A DNA stretch of 64,000 nt from Chrysomallon squamiferum (taxonomy: Eukaryota; Animalia; Mollusca), in the NCBI GenBank assembly GCA_012295275.1, contig CM022675.1, forward strand, positions 9,920,001 through 9,984,000, in the 5' to 3' direction. This document shows positions 1 through 14,840 of this stretch, one piece after another (the first letter of the stretch is position 1; each line of letters begins with the position of its first letter). Position numbers and translations under genes: made by a program. The notes beneath the pieces were generated by a model. The model was not told where the DNA came from, made no database searches, and saw only the letters and a list, made by a program, of their open reading frames with translations.

Positions 1-956
1 AATGTTTTGAATTGAACAGGTTTTGCTAAATGTTCTGAACTTTACTGAATGCTACAGGTTCAGTTATGAATGCTAGAGGATCTACAGATTTTGCTGAATG
101 CTACTAGTTTTTCTGAGAATGCTAGATTTGCTATAGTATCTCCAGTACATTTTACAAAAGCTGTAAATTGAAATAAAAAAAATTCAGAATTAATTAAAAT
201 ATGATCTTCAAAACATACCAACATGCTTACAGACAAAAAGACAACAGAGTAATTTTTACATGCCTCAATAATAAATAAATAAATAAATAAATAAATGAAA
301 TAAATGAAATAAAATGAAATAAAATAAAATGAAATAAAATGAAATAAAATGAAATAAAATGAAATAAAATAAAATAAAATAAAATAAAAATGTCATTTTT
401 ATAATTCAGCTCCTACATTAATTTTTTTTTTATTTGTTTATTTCCCTTTAATTCCCCTGCCAGGTAAATGTGTCATGAGGTAATAATCATCTGAATGATT
501 AATCATCTACCTTGCATGCTTCACAATGGCTGTCAACAGCTACAACAACACCAGGCAACAAATACAATCACTTACTGTCTAGACCTCCAACAGAATACAG
601 AAAATTAATATGCTACTACTACTACTACAACTACTACTACTACTACTAGTACTACTACTATTAGTACTACTACTATTACTACTACCAATAATAATATAAT
701 AACTTCCAACATTTTAACTACAGGTATACCTATGCTTAACAAATGTATATAAAAAAATATATATATATATAAATATCCATTATTATGCATTAGGTAGAAC
801 AGATAAAATTAGACTGAATGAAATGAAAAGCACTGTAAAAGTGTCAGAACAGGAAATTAGTGTGAATCGGTTAGACTGGGAAATACTGATTTACGTTTCT
901 TTCTTTTCTTTTCTTACAGACTGTAAACTGTGCATTTGGATTTAACTTATTAAGCT

Positions 957-986
957 ATGTTTCAATCAGACACAGAGAATGCATAG
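957..986 (+). other. 9-codon upstream ORF (MFQSDTENA*) overlapping the main ATG out of frame
   Basis: ATG 957, TAG 984-986; main ATG at 979. Confidence 0.6.
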
Positions 987-1093
987 AGGAATATACTTCT
1001 GGCTTCTAGCTGTACTGGCTGTCAGCGCCATCTCTGGCAGATATGAGGAAGAGGAGATAATTCCATCAGACTTTAGATATACAAGTTATGAAG
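979..1093 (+). CDS. Sema5: Sema5 coding exon 1: signal peptide MHRGIYFWLLAVLAVSAISG + RYEEEEIIPSDFRYTSYE
   Basis: Polypyrimidine + AG at 918-919 (exon starts at 920, in the 5'UTR), ATG 979, hydrophobic leader, donor G|GTAAGT at 1094. Phase 1 matches the exon at 40412. Confidence 0.85.
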
Positions 1094-1375
1094 GTAAGTG
1101 TTTTATAATAAATTTTTAAATTTTATTTGTTTAAAAATTACACTTTTTTTTTAAAATTTATTTTACTTTTTTTTTTTTTTAGTTTAATTTAATTTTTTTT
1201 TTATTTTTGAAATCTATTTTTAACTCTTTATTATTGTCATAATTTTTATCATTTCATTATTATTATTATTATTCTTATTAATTTTTTTTTTTATTTGATA
1301 TAATATTTTATGGTTAATTCTATAAAGAGTTGATAATAAAGGAAATGACCATAGTAAATATAATGACCAGTTTTA

Positions 1376-1410
<35 letters not shown>

Positions 1411-1474
1411 AAATTTATACTTTATTTTTGAAATTTTTAAAATTTTATATATACATCTTTACCTATTATTATCG

Positions 1475-1516
<42 letters not shown>

Positions 1517-2014
1517 TTAATTCTATTATTTTCTTAATTGTATTTATCATTATCTGTATCAGTGTTTATTTTATTTAAAATTTAGTCATTATATTTACTA
1601 TGGTCATTTTATTTATAATCAGCTTTTAAGTGAATTCACCCATAATTTAATATGTCAGTCAAAACCACCTCTTTACATAAATATTTTACATATATACTCA
1701 GAAATCACTATTACATTAATAACATTCTTGAACAATTATTCATCAGTTTATTAGTAATTTTTACAACATGTCATATTTGAATAAACAAATGGTCATCAAA
1801 ATATTAATTTCTAAACCACACCAAAAAGTCACACTCAAAGTTTCTGTTATTTTAAAGATTAAAAATGCAGACAGTCAGAAATAAGTAAACAGAACTGCTG
1901 TGTGAGACCATCTTCCTTCATTCAGCTTTGTCAGAGTTTTATTGTCATAAGGATTAGTCTATGAACAGAGTAAATAAAAGCTAGTGTACTGGTATTGATA
2001 AATGAAACTATGTT

Positions 2015-2295
2015 GTGAGACCTTTTTCTGATACCCTACTTAAAGTTTTCAATATTGTGAAAATTAGAGTAATGATATTAGAAGGAAAAAAAAAATGAGG
2101 GTGATAAACCTTTCACACACATAAAGTTTTCATTATTGTAAAAATCAGAGTACTAATACTGATAAATAAAACTGGGGTGTGAAACCTTTCAGACACATAA
2201 AATTTTCATTATGTAAAAATTAAGTGATATTTGTTTAAAAAAACAAACATTTGGGGTGCTAGACCTTTCACACACATAAAGTTATTATTTTAAAA
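2015..2295. repeat. Degenerate ~78-bp tandem repeat
   Basis: acctttcacacacataaagttttcattattgtaaaaat-like units at ~2018, 2106, 2182, 2261. Confidence 0.75.
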
Positions 2296-2619
2296 AGTAG
2301 AGGAGAGTTAAAATTAAGAAAAAAAAAAAAACCCACAAGAAAGTGTTCTGTGAAACCTTTACTTTGAACAGTTTTCTCTTTTCTCTGGAACATTTTTGCT
2401 TGTAACATGTTTACATAGATTTCATTACATAGTGTAGATATACATAACACAAACATGCATACCTACATACATACATACATATTTTCATACATACATAGAT
2501 TCATACATAGATACATACATTTGCATACATATATACACACATATACATACATACAACACAGGTACATTCATGAATACAGACATATACATACTGACATACA
2601 TACCTGCTGACACACACAA

Positions 2620-2671
<52 letters not shown>

Positions 2672-4954
2672 TACACACACATACACACACAAAACCCAGA
2701 TATTTTATATATATATAAATGACAACTACATCTTCTATGTCTATCTGTCAGCCTGTCTGTACACATATCTACATAATATTATGTGTAATATTTCTAAATG
2801 TGTGTATGCCCTGTATACAGTAAATATCAGCAATATGTACACACGTAGATAGGAGATATGCATAGTAATCCATACACAAACACTGGTACAGTATCATGTT
2901 AGATCCCTGTCAATAGAGAAGAAAGATTTTGATGGATTTAAAATACTCTCTGCTTGTTTGGACTACTTTCACTGTTTGCTTTATACAGAAAACTCAAACA
3001 GACGTTTTTTTGGCTTGTTTCATCCTTTACTGGGTGTTTGGGTTTTATATTGCTCTGCAGTTGTGTTGTCATTGTTGGTGGTGATATTATTGTTGTAATT
3101 TAAGTGTGTTTGTGTGTGTTCTAATGTATATATATATGTGTGTGTGTGTGTGTATGTATGTGTGTTTGTATAGGTATGTGTGAGTGTGTATGTATGTATG
3201 TGTATTTACTTTGTGTTTGTGTGTGTGTGTCCCTTGCTCTCACTCTCTCTCTATATCTATCTATATCTATATCTATATATATATATGTTTTTTTTAATAT
3301 ATGTCAGGTTATGTGCATATGCATGTATACATATATATATATATATACTTGCTCTGTTAAAATTACATATATATTTATGTATATTTTCTCCTACACATCT
3401 ATATATATATATATACCTATATTTATTTATATCTCTCTTACACATACATACAGAAAAAAAAAAACTGAAAGCTATCTACTTGTTAATCACATTTTGCCAC
3501 CTTCTGGTACAAGTAGTAAATCCGAGGTCTCAACCCTCACTTTTATAACTGTAGGACTCTCTCTTGAAAAACGAGTTATCATTCTCAGTATTGCTGAGAG
3601 AAAAAAAAACAACTAGCTTGCTCTTCTCTTATCTCTGTGTCCTTTTTTTGACCCTGGAAATATATATTAGTGGTTTTCCAACACTGCTGTATGTTTTGTG
3701 CAAAAGAGATTCATATAAAGATTGCATTCTGGGAAGGAATTTGTCACGATATAGTGTTATTAACAAAATTTTGTGTGTGTGTTTTTGAGTGTTTTTTGAG
3801 AGATAGTGATGTTGATTGTGTGTTTGAATAAAGATAAAATAGTGATGATGATGACGATGTTAACAATAATTACTACTGTAACAGTTGTTTTTCCCTTTAT
3901 TTTATTTTAAATTTATTTTATTATTTTATTATAATCCTTTTTGCTCTACTTTTTATCATTATCATCATCATCATCATCATCATTACCACTATCTTTATTA
4001 TTATTATCATTATTATTATTTATTTATTACTTACTTGTATTTTTTAATTTTTAATTTTTAAATTTGTAAGACTTTTTTAAAACAAAATCTTAATATTTAA
4101 TTTTTCTTCAACCCTTCAAATCTTCTTTTCTGCAAAATATCAATTCCTTAAATTTTTTTTTTTTTTAATTTTTTTTTGTGTTCCAATGTCACATTATCCC
4201 TTTTAACCTCTGCTAACACAGAAAGAAAGAAAAAGAAAAACAAACTCCCCAGACCCAGAAACAATTTGTAATTTCCACCATCTTTGAAGTTTGAGGAATG
4301 AAACAAAGAGATTACTTAAAGCAGTCTCTTGTAACAACAACCATGATTGACAGAGCTGTGAAGAGCCATTTTGTTCCCCGTGAAATAATGTCTTAATAAT
4401 GTTGACAGGGTTTCTGTTTATACCATGTTAAAAGAATCAGAATTTTAATACCTTAGTCTAATATCTTTAAGCTTTTTTTTTTCTTTGTTTATTTTTCTTC
4501 TTTTTTTTTCTTTTTTTTTTTTCTTTTTTTCTTTTTTTTTTTTTGTTATGGTTTTTTTCTTCTTCTTTCTTTTCTTTTTCCTTTTTTTCTTTTTTAGCTT
4601 AATTTTTTCTTAGTTGTTGAATTTTAAAATTCATTGTAGATCATAAATCTTTAATCATTCTTTTTCACCCTTCTTTTTAGAAAAAAAAAATGTTTTTAGC
4701 CATATATTTAAAAAAAATACATTAAAGTTGTGCCTTTTTTCTACTCTTTTTTCAATCTTTATTTTTTTTTAGAGAAAAAAAAGATATAAATATATCAATG
4801 TGATTTACATAATTTCTTAAATTTCATTTTGTTCTGAATATGAAAAATAGTTTCTCAATTTTTTATTTATTTTTTTCATTTTTTTTGAAAAAGGTTATTT
4901 TGAATGAATTATTTTTCTTTTTAAAAAGTCTGCTTAATGTTTGTTTTTTTTTTT

Positions 4955-5044
<90 letters not shown>

Positions 5045-5213
5045 ATAGCACTTTCTTTCTTTCCTCAAGTGTCTCTCAATCTTTCTTTTGCTTTCACTTT
5101 TTCTTTCAGCTCTCTCTTTGTCTCTCACACTTCTCTCTATTGTTTGTACTCTCTCAAATAACAAAAACAACATAACTGAAATCAAAACAGAAATAAATAC
5201 AGAAAGCGACCAA

Positions 5214-5246
<33 letters not shown>

Positions 5247-6326
5247 CTTTTCTGACCCCTTTTTTAGCTATCATTTTTCATTTCCTTTTAATTTCTTTGG
5301 TTTTCATTTGTCACCCATTAATATATCCTGTTTTCATTTATCAGTTTTATTGAATTAGGAAATTAATTTATAAAAACCACATAACAATAGGAAACACAAA
5401 GTTTACCTATTTACCATGTAATACAAAAAATATGCTACACAATATGTGCATATATATATAATACTTTTATTTATTTTTATTTTCTTAAATATTAAAATTT
5501 ATTTAGGAAAAAATTTATTCTCATGGGATTTATAAAAAATATAGAACTGGTATTTTTTGTTTGAAGAAAAATATTATTAATACATTATTGTTTTTAATCA
5601 ATTAATAGATTTTTTTAAAATTTAATTTATTTTATTTATTTACTTTCAAAATATATTATGTATTTATTTTAAATATTTTTATTAAGAAAGTTATAATTTA
5701 TTTATTTATTTATTATTTAGAAAAAGTTTATTTATATGGTGCATAATTTGAAAAATATAATTTATTTATATTTATTATTATTAAATATAAATTATTGTTT
5801 TTAGGTAATTAATATAAAAAAATGGATTTATTTTACATAATTATTAGCAAAAATATTATTTATTGTTGAGAAAAATTGTTTATTTGCTTATTCATCATGA
5901 AAAAAATCATTATTTACTTAGTTATTATTGAGAAATATTTTTTTTATTGTTATTTATTATTAAGAAATTATTTATTTATCTATCTGTTTATTACTGAGAA
6001 AATACTATTTTCATAAATTAAGACAATATTTCTGTCATTTCCTGTCCTTATTTCAAAGTGTTGAAATAATAAATTTAAGGAATGTTATAATAACAAATAA
6101 CACGTATTTTAAATTAAAGCTGAGACCCAAGCATCTGAATTTTATTTTATTTATTTTCCTTTACCACCTATACATTTATTTATTTTATTGTTTTTATAGC
6201 TTATTTTGAGAGTACTGTATTTAAAATTTGTGCCGATAAATGAAATATAGGAGCAGCCATTTTGTAAATTTTTCATCAAACTGATAGACAGATAGATAGA
6301 TCAATAGAAATACATAGATACACAGA

Positions 6327-6380
<54 letters not shown>

Positions 6381-6445
6381 AATATCATGTCATAAATATA
6401 ACTCATATTTATTACATAATGTTAATCATAAATTCCATCATCCAT

Positions 6446-6515
<70 letters not shown>

Positions 6516-8285
6516 AGACACACACATAAAAACATACAAAAGTATATACACACATATATACGAATATACATTCACATACCTACAAACATACTTATGTACA
6601 CACATATGCAGAGACATACATAAACACTAACAAATGCATGCATGCACACACACACACATCAAAAATAGCTTTTCCTGTGTTCAGATACAAGTGATGCATA
6701 CAGGAATTGCCATGGTAACTAAGTATTGTTTCATGGTAAGATGGAAACTGTAATGGCAATCTGCATCACATTGCCAAATATGAGAAATAACAAGACGTAA
6801 ACTATGTATAGTAAAGATGAGTTATATCTAACATGTAACATTATATGTGTCTGTCCATACATCTACAAATGCATCTATATATCTGTCTGTATGTCTCTGT
6901 GTTTATCTATCCATCCGTCCATCTATAAATGTGTTTTATGTCTTTCTGTATGTGAGTATATATATCTATCTGTCTGTCTCTCTATGCCTCTCTCTCGGAA
7001 TATCTGTTTATCTATCTTCAGATCTATGCATCTATCTATGTATGTATGTATGTGATGTATGTATGTGTGTGTGTATAACATTATTCAAGAAGTACATAGT
7101 TGTATGATATATTGTAAAATGCAAAACACAAACTTTCTCTCTCTCTCTCTGTTTCTCTCACTCACACACACACACACACAGAAAAAAAAAAAATAATAGA
7201 CAGATGTAAAACAGACTAAAACAATATAACAGAGATTCCAGTCAGTGAAACTATCTCATTACATTGTTAACATACCTACTAGATAGGTTTATAGGAATGT
7301 CATTATTATCTCACCCAGAACTAGTAACATGTAATTACAAATGTCATTTACATGTGTGTCTGTATTCCTCTCTTGCTCTATCTTTTTCTTTCTCTCTCTC
7401 TTACTCTCTCTTTTTCTCTGTCTCTCCATTTCTTTTTTATTTCCATCTTTCTCTCTCATTCTTTCTGAGTCACTTCCTCTGAGTCTCTTTATAATTTTTC
7501 TTTTCTTTCTTTCTTTCTTTCTCTTATTATTGTTGTTGTCGTTGTTATTGTCATTGTCATTATTATTGTTTTTATTATTAATATTAATATTATTATTATT
7601 ATTATTATTATTGTTATTGTTATATCATTATTGTTTGTGTTGATGATAATGATGATGATGATGTTGATGGTTTGCTTTTCTTTATAAAGACAACTCATTT
7701 TCTCTTTAAAAGCCATACCCATCACAGTAATGCTTCATGCATACACCCTCTTTTCTGAAATTCCAGACCTTCCCTTGGTAAACATATTTTCTTCTTCACT
7801 TTACCAATTACCTCAAGCCAATAAGTGGTAAAACTTTGTTAAGTAAAGCCAATGAGAAAAACTTGAGATAACCGCAAAGAAAACACAGACGTGTGAATGT
7901 AAATTTTCTTCTAATGAACTTACAACACCAGATTAAAAAGGCTCCCTTTGTGAAAAAAATGTTACCCACCTCGTTCATTAGTGTCCCACCAGCTGAAACA
8001 AGTGGGTAAAAGTGGAAACAAGGTGTTACATTGACCTGGGAACATCAGAGAGAACTCTGGGAGATAAGTTACACAAGACAACAGAGGATGTGTTTGTGTG
8101 TTTACATCCACGCCTTTTTGGCTCACTTAAGAGTTGTGATATTTAGTTTATGTTTTAAACAAGTTCAGCATTGTTTCATTGTATAGTGTGCATATATATA
8201 TATCTATGTTTGTGTGTATTTTATACTGGAGCAGTAAACAGCTATCTTACTATGTATTTATTTTAAAATGTTTTAAATTGAACAA

Positions 8286-8411
<126 letters not shown>

Positions 8412-9676
8412 GTCTCCCCTGACTTCCCATCCCACCTTCAAATCACTAACCAAGGACAGCATCAGGTTTCGTCAAGGACAGACATAACCCCAGACACATA
8501 ACAATAAAAAAAATATTTTCATGACATCTCATTCCCTTTATATACCCCAGCCTTTGAATGGGACAAATCAATCGTAAAAACCTATTTCTTTATTTCAACC
8601 AAAGATGAAAGAACACGCATTTACGAATTAATATTTTTATCTTTATTATTATCACTTTTGGCTACTAAAAGGAAGCAGTTATGTCACTGAGAAAAAATCT
8701 TAATTATCCATTAAAAATTTGAGAAAATCTTTGTCTGTCAGTTTGTTCGTGTAAGCAGAAATCACCTGCTGTTACGACGGTTGTTGGGGATGGGGTGGGG
8801 TGTGTGTTAATGTATGCAGCTATTGTTGGTAATAAATCATGTAGATTTTTCAAACCTTCATTTTGAAGATGTCCTAAAGGAGCCATTAACTCTTGTCTGG
8901 TGAGTGGGCAGCTAATAGACTGATGTTTATTGTGTAATAACATAACAATTATGGCAGTAAACACAGTCAGATAGAGTGAAAAGATTTTAATAGAGTCATT
9001 TTGAAAAGAGACCTCCCTGTGTGATTTGTCAAGTCTTCAGTTGTGTCACTGTATTGGATAAACTATCAAGTTTAGGGAAGTAAGAGTCAAACCATAATAT
9101 AAAAAATACTGTTATGTTACTACTGCTGTTACTTTTACTACAACAACTACTTCTACTTCTGTAACTATTTTCACTGCAGACCCTCATATTACTTCTTTTT
9201 GTTATACTACTACTACTATTATTACTTCTGCTTCCACTGCTTCTACCACTACTACAGAAACAGTTACTACTACTGCTACTACTACAATTACTACATTGAC
9301 TATTGTTACTGCTAGTACTACTACATTACTACTCCTATTAATACTACTACCACGACAACTATTACAACTACTACTACTGTAGCTATTATTATCACTACCA
9401 CAGCAACAATTACTACTACTGCTATTCCTACTATGATATTATTATGACTGCTGTCACTACTACTATTACTGGTGCTTCTACTAATCTGATGTTACAGCTA
9501 CTGTTACTATTATTATGACTACATCTACTGTTACTATTACTGCTACTAAAAATGCTTATATCTGCTCAAAAAAGAGTTTAAATCTGATCAAAGAATAGCT
9601 CAAACTTCCTCACAAAAGATTTTCACAGACAACACAATTCTTTAATAAAATGGTCTATTAAAATTACTACTTAACA

Positions 9677-9690
9677 GTTACCATGGTAAC
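9677..9690. promoter_or_regulatory. Perfect palindromic RFX X-box GTTACCATGGTAAC
   Basis: Exact 14-bp palindrome matching GTNRCCATGGYAAC, in a non-repetitive intronic island. Confidence 0.55.
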
Positions 9691-10148
9691 CAGCATATTA
9701 GGGGGAGTTGTGTGTGTATGGGGAGGTATAACCCAAACTGTATTAAGTAAGCAAATTGTAGAAACAGGTTCCAGATAATTTCCTATCACTTTGATCATCT
9801 GTCTGTGTGCCACAAGTTATGTGCTTTAACGAAAGATAATGTGGGTATTAGGTGATGTTGTAATGGTAATTAGGGTGATTAATTCACCAAGGGTGACTAA
9901 AGAGTAAACTGTGTGGGGAAATGATCAGTTAGTTTTATTGATAAGAAATGTTTGTTTTCTCCTTCTGTCTGTCTGTCTGCCTTTCTCAATAACTACTTCT
10001 GTTCCTTATTAACTTTCTTGGCATTTTTTTTTTTTTTGTCCCTTTCTCTCTCTACCCTCACTTTCCCACCTTCTCTCTCTCCTTCACTTTCTGTCTCTCC
10101 ATCTCTCTCTTTTGTTCTTTCTCTCTATATCTTGTACCATCTTTCCTT

Positions 10149-10211
<63 letters not shown>

Positions 10212-11418
10212 TTCTCTGTCTCTCTCTCTCTCTCTATCTATCTACTCATTATTTTCTCTTTCTCTTTCTCTTTCACTCACTTTTTCATTTCCATTCTTTC
10301 AGTATAATTATAAACTAACCTAAAACCATATGCTAGGGATTAATGTAATAGCTTTTCAGTGTTGCCATAAAGTAGTGCTGCAGAAGGTGACGGAGGAAAT
10401 AACGTCAAACAGAAGATTCTTGATGTCATGATGGAATGATAGAAACAATGAGATGTGATATATTTTGTTACTCTAACACCGAAGGTTAATCTTCAGATTA
10501 GGGGGTCAAGGTAATAAATTACAAAAGCAACCCACCTGACTTTTCTTTCTAGACTTGCTAATGGCTGCTTTAAAATTTGTAAAAAAAAAAAAAAATTGAA
10601 CAAAAATTACTTATTTTTTTAAATACTTCTCTACTAACGTCTGCTACCATTTCTGTTATTATTTCTATTACTATTATACCACTACTACTACTTCTACAAC
10701 TACTACAGTTACTATTGCTACTACCCTTACCTCCACCATTACTACTATTACTACTGTTGCATTTACTACTACAATTGCTATATTGTACCTTTTACTTTTT
10801 CGGTAAACAATAAAAGTAAAATTTAAATAAAACAATAAATAATAAAAATAAAATAATAAATCAGTTAATAAATATTAATGATGATATAAATTTGCATTTC
10901 TGCTTGAAATTTTAAAAATAAAAATATTTTTCATTCATCGTGATTGACAGCTGTAGATTTGATCAGGGATTGGTTTTTACATAACTGACATCTATTTACA
11001 TCATTAATATTTATAACCTAGGGCGGGATTTTAACATGACTGACACATGACTAAAGTGATTAATATTAATGTTCTGTATAACAACTTTATTTTATAGGAT
11101 TAATATTAATGTGCTTTTCAATGTTGTGAAAATATTACTTATGTTTAATATAACTACTTTATTGCACTGGGGGCTTAAACAACTGATATTTTATGGGTAT
11201 TTGAAATGATATATAAGTATATATATATATATTCCTATAAGATTAAAACTGAAGTAATTAATTATTTACCAGTATAAAGAAATGCATATTAATATTTCAC
11301 AGTCTTTGGTAAATTATTTATATATTCCATAAGGATTAAATTCATTGGCTGAAAGAAAAATAATGTATTAACCAATGGAAGAAAAGATTAATATTTATGA
11401 GTTTTTAATTTAATTGCC

Positions 11419-11431
11419 AGGTCAGAGGTCA
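11419..11431 (+). promoter_or_regulatory. Nuclear-receptor DR1 element AGGTCAgAGGTCA
   Basis: Two exact AGGTCA half-sites with a 1-nt spacer. Confidence 0.5.
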
Positions 11432-11639
11432 TGACAACTTAATCACTAGAGCAAGTCAAAATGTTAGATATACCACTGACATGAAATTTACTGTTTTATC
11501 AAGGGAGGTACCAAGATACAGATGGGTTGGGGTGTGTGAACATTCCCATGCATTGACTGACAACATTTTATTCAGTAATTTTAGATTATCTTTCAGTATA
11601 GATACACATAAACAAAAAAAAACAAAAAAAATAAGTAAA

Positions 11640-11752
<113 letters not shown>

Positions 11753-12491
11753 ATAAAAATATTTTTTTTTAAAAAGCAACAACAATAATATCAGTAACGG
11801 AAATAGTAGTAATAAATTGTTTTTAAAAACTTGCAAACCAAACATAATTACTAAAAAAATAATAAAAAATACCCACCCTTCAAAAAATCCAACTAACCCC
11901 ACCTAAGAACCCCAAACAAACCTTCCAAACACTTACATAAATTATCAGTGACATAACAAACTAATTAATTATCTTAACATACTATCTTTTACTCAACCAG
12001 TATAACTTTCAGTATCACGCATTAATCAGTTAAACAAATCCCAAACATTTGATTGTGCTGTCACATATTTCTTATATTACACACCTCTGGGTATGTCACA
12101 CTGTAAGTTAGTAATAATATTAATCTTATTTTAAATGCAAACCCTTTCACTGCCAACTTTTATCACCAATATAAATTAGTTGCAAAACCAAAACAAATGT
12201 TCCTTTTAGTTAGAAATGTGTAATCCGACCTTTAACCTTTCTAAGGTTGAAGAGGTCGGGGCTTATTTGGCTTGAAAAAAAGAAAAAAAAAAAAAGAGGA
12301 AAATAAAGAAACAAAAAAGAAATAAAGAAAAAAAAAAAATGTTGATTTTGCTTATTGGGTAGAGTGTTTCCTTTAGGCATGGTGCATTTTGCGATATTTT
12401 TGATATGCTGATAGGGCCAAAAAGATAAAAATATTTCACCTATTATTATTTATTTATTTATTTATTTTATGATTATGATTTTGATTATGAA

Positions 12492-12541
<50 letters not shown>

Positions 12542-13300
12542 CATCAAAAAAGAAACCAAATGCTGCCACTCAAGTTTTTTTTATCATTCAACAGCAATGA
12601 ATCTTTTACATGCCTCTCTTTTATCACACAGAAAACATCCTTTAATTACCATTTAATATTTTTACTGATAGAATTGCACTACCTGTATCATATGTAAGAA
12701 TATAAATATATAGATACATATAAACACACACACACACACACACATACAGGTACATACATAGATTCATACATATATTCATACATACATACATTCACACATA
12801 CATACATACATACGTATGTACATACATATATACATACCCAGATACATACACTAATATAATGTTTTAATAAATATTATATTCATAAACAAACAAACAAACA
12901 AAGAAAAACACAAAAACATTATTCTCTTTCCCTATCAGACATTATTAACACCAGTCCTCTGCACTGTATCTAATTATGACCTCACCAGTTGTGACCTCTG
13001 CGACCTCTGTGTTGAGGTCACCCTGCTCTCTCTGCAATAGGTCATGGTTATTTAAGAGATAAATTGTCTCTGGTTCCACGCAGCCTGTCCCAGACAGAAA
13101 CGTACCATGACATTAATAGCCCATTACACAACTTCCTCAGTTTCTGTCTCAACATGGAGGAGACAGCTAAATCATTAACTGGAAAAAAAGTGGTGCCTGT
13201 TTTGTTTTTTGGGGTAATAAAATGTTGTTTATATATGATATAGGTGATATGTATGTTATAATATAATATGATATTCAATGTATAATGGCATATATTTTAC

Positions 13301-13331
<31 letters not shown>

Positions 13332-13356
13332 TATATATATACACACACACACACAC

Positions 13357-13388
<32 letters not shown>

Positions 13389-14804
13389 TATATATGATTT
13401 GCTATGTGATGCTTTGTTTATTGCACCTTGTCTGATATTTCCATATAAATTATAAAATAAAAGGTAAAAATATATGTAATATGATTCAACACATACACGT
13501 ACACATACATACATACATACATACATACATACACACACATACATATATACATATATACATACATACATACATAAAAACTTTTCTTTTTTTTTAAATTGTA
13601 TATCATACACATCTGCTTGATCTAACATAATTACAGCAGTTTTCAAATTACACCAAAGGAAGTGATTCAGAACAAACACTTGTAACACAGTGTTTAAGAG
13701 TTTGCCTCAGAAGACCTAGGCCATGGGATCAAATCTGCTCAGGGTGCAGTCCACTCTTAATTTCACATCCTTCTTGTTATGATTATGCACTGGATGCACT
13801 AAGCACCTTCTTTTTCTCACCCCCGATTTCCTCTCCTTCCTTTTGATTGATACAGAAAAAAGCTATTTTCCTGTCAAATCTATTATTATCAAGTTTTTGT
13901 TAAAAGCAAAAGCCAATCCTTAAATATGTTTTCTTTAGTTAATGAAATCATCATATTATTAACTTTTCAGGCATTGTTATTGTTATTATTGTTGTTATTT
14001 TTATTATCATTATTGTTATTTATTTATTTATGCTGCAACAAATGGGTAAATGAAACTTAGAAATAATTGACATATATTATCACTCAGCATGGTATAAAAG
14101 ACTTTTTTTGTTTTTTTGTTTACATGCATGTAAGTTAAAAATCAGACCTTTTTACTTTTCAACTTAAATGTCACACCAGTATTTTCCATGTGTTTTAAAA
14201 ATTAAATCATTTTTCGACAACACCACCATAATATGCCATATTTGTTGAAATTACCATTGTTATTTGCATACTTTAAAACAAATACACATAATAACAAAAC
14301 GGAGATGATTTTTTTAACCAACAATTTTCAGGGAGTGGCTTATACGGATAATATCGTAACAATTTTTTTTTAGACTGATTGACAAAGACAATTTTTTCAT
14401 CATGTATGTGTGTGTGTGCATGTGTGTGTGTGTGTATTCTTACAGAATAAAAAAGACACTGATATTGAGGTCTTACAGAAATTATATCCATCACCTAAAG
14501 TCGCTGAGACTAGAGGTCACTTCATACAGGTCACTGATAAGATTATAGTGGAAATATACAGAGCTTCTTCTTCTTCTTCTTCTTCTTCTTTTTTAATCAG
14601 TGTTTGAGTTACAGGTCTACATTAATCAAAGCTCTCAGCACACACAAGAAACTGGTCATATATTTTCTCTCCACTGATTTGACTGCCACATTCATGTCAA
14701 CGGATTATTAGATGTTGGTTTATAGTCCAGCTTCAGGGCAGGTCCATGAATTATTGTGGGGGTGTGTGGAAATTATTTAAATATATATGTGCACACACAC
14801 ACAC

Positions 14805-14840
<36 letters not shown>

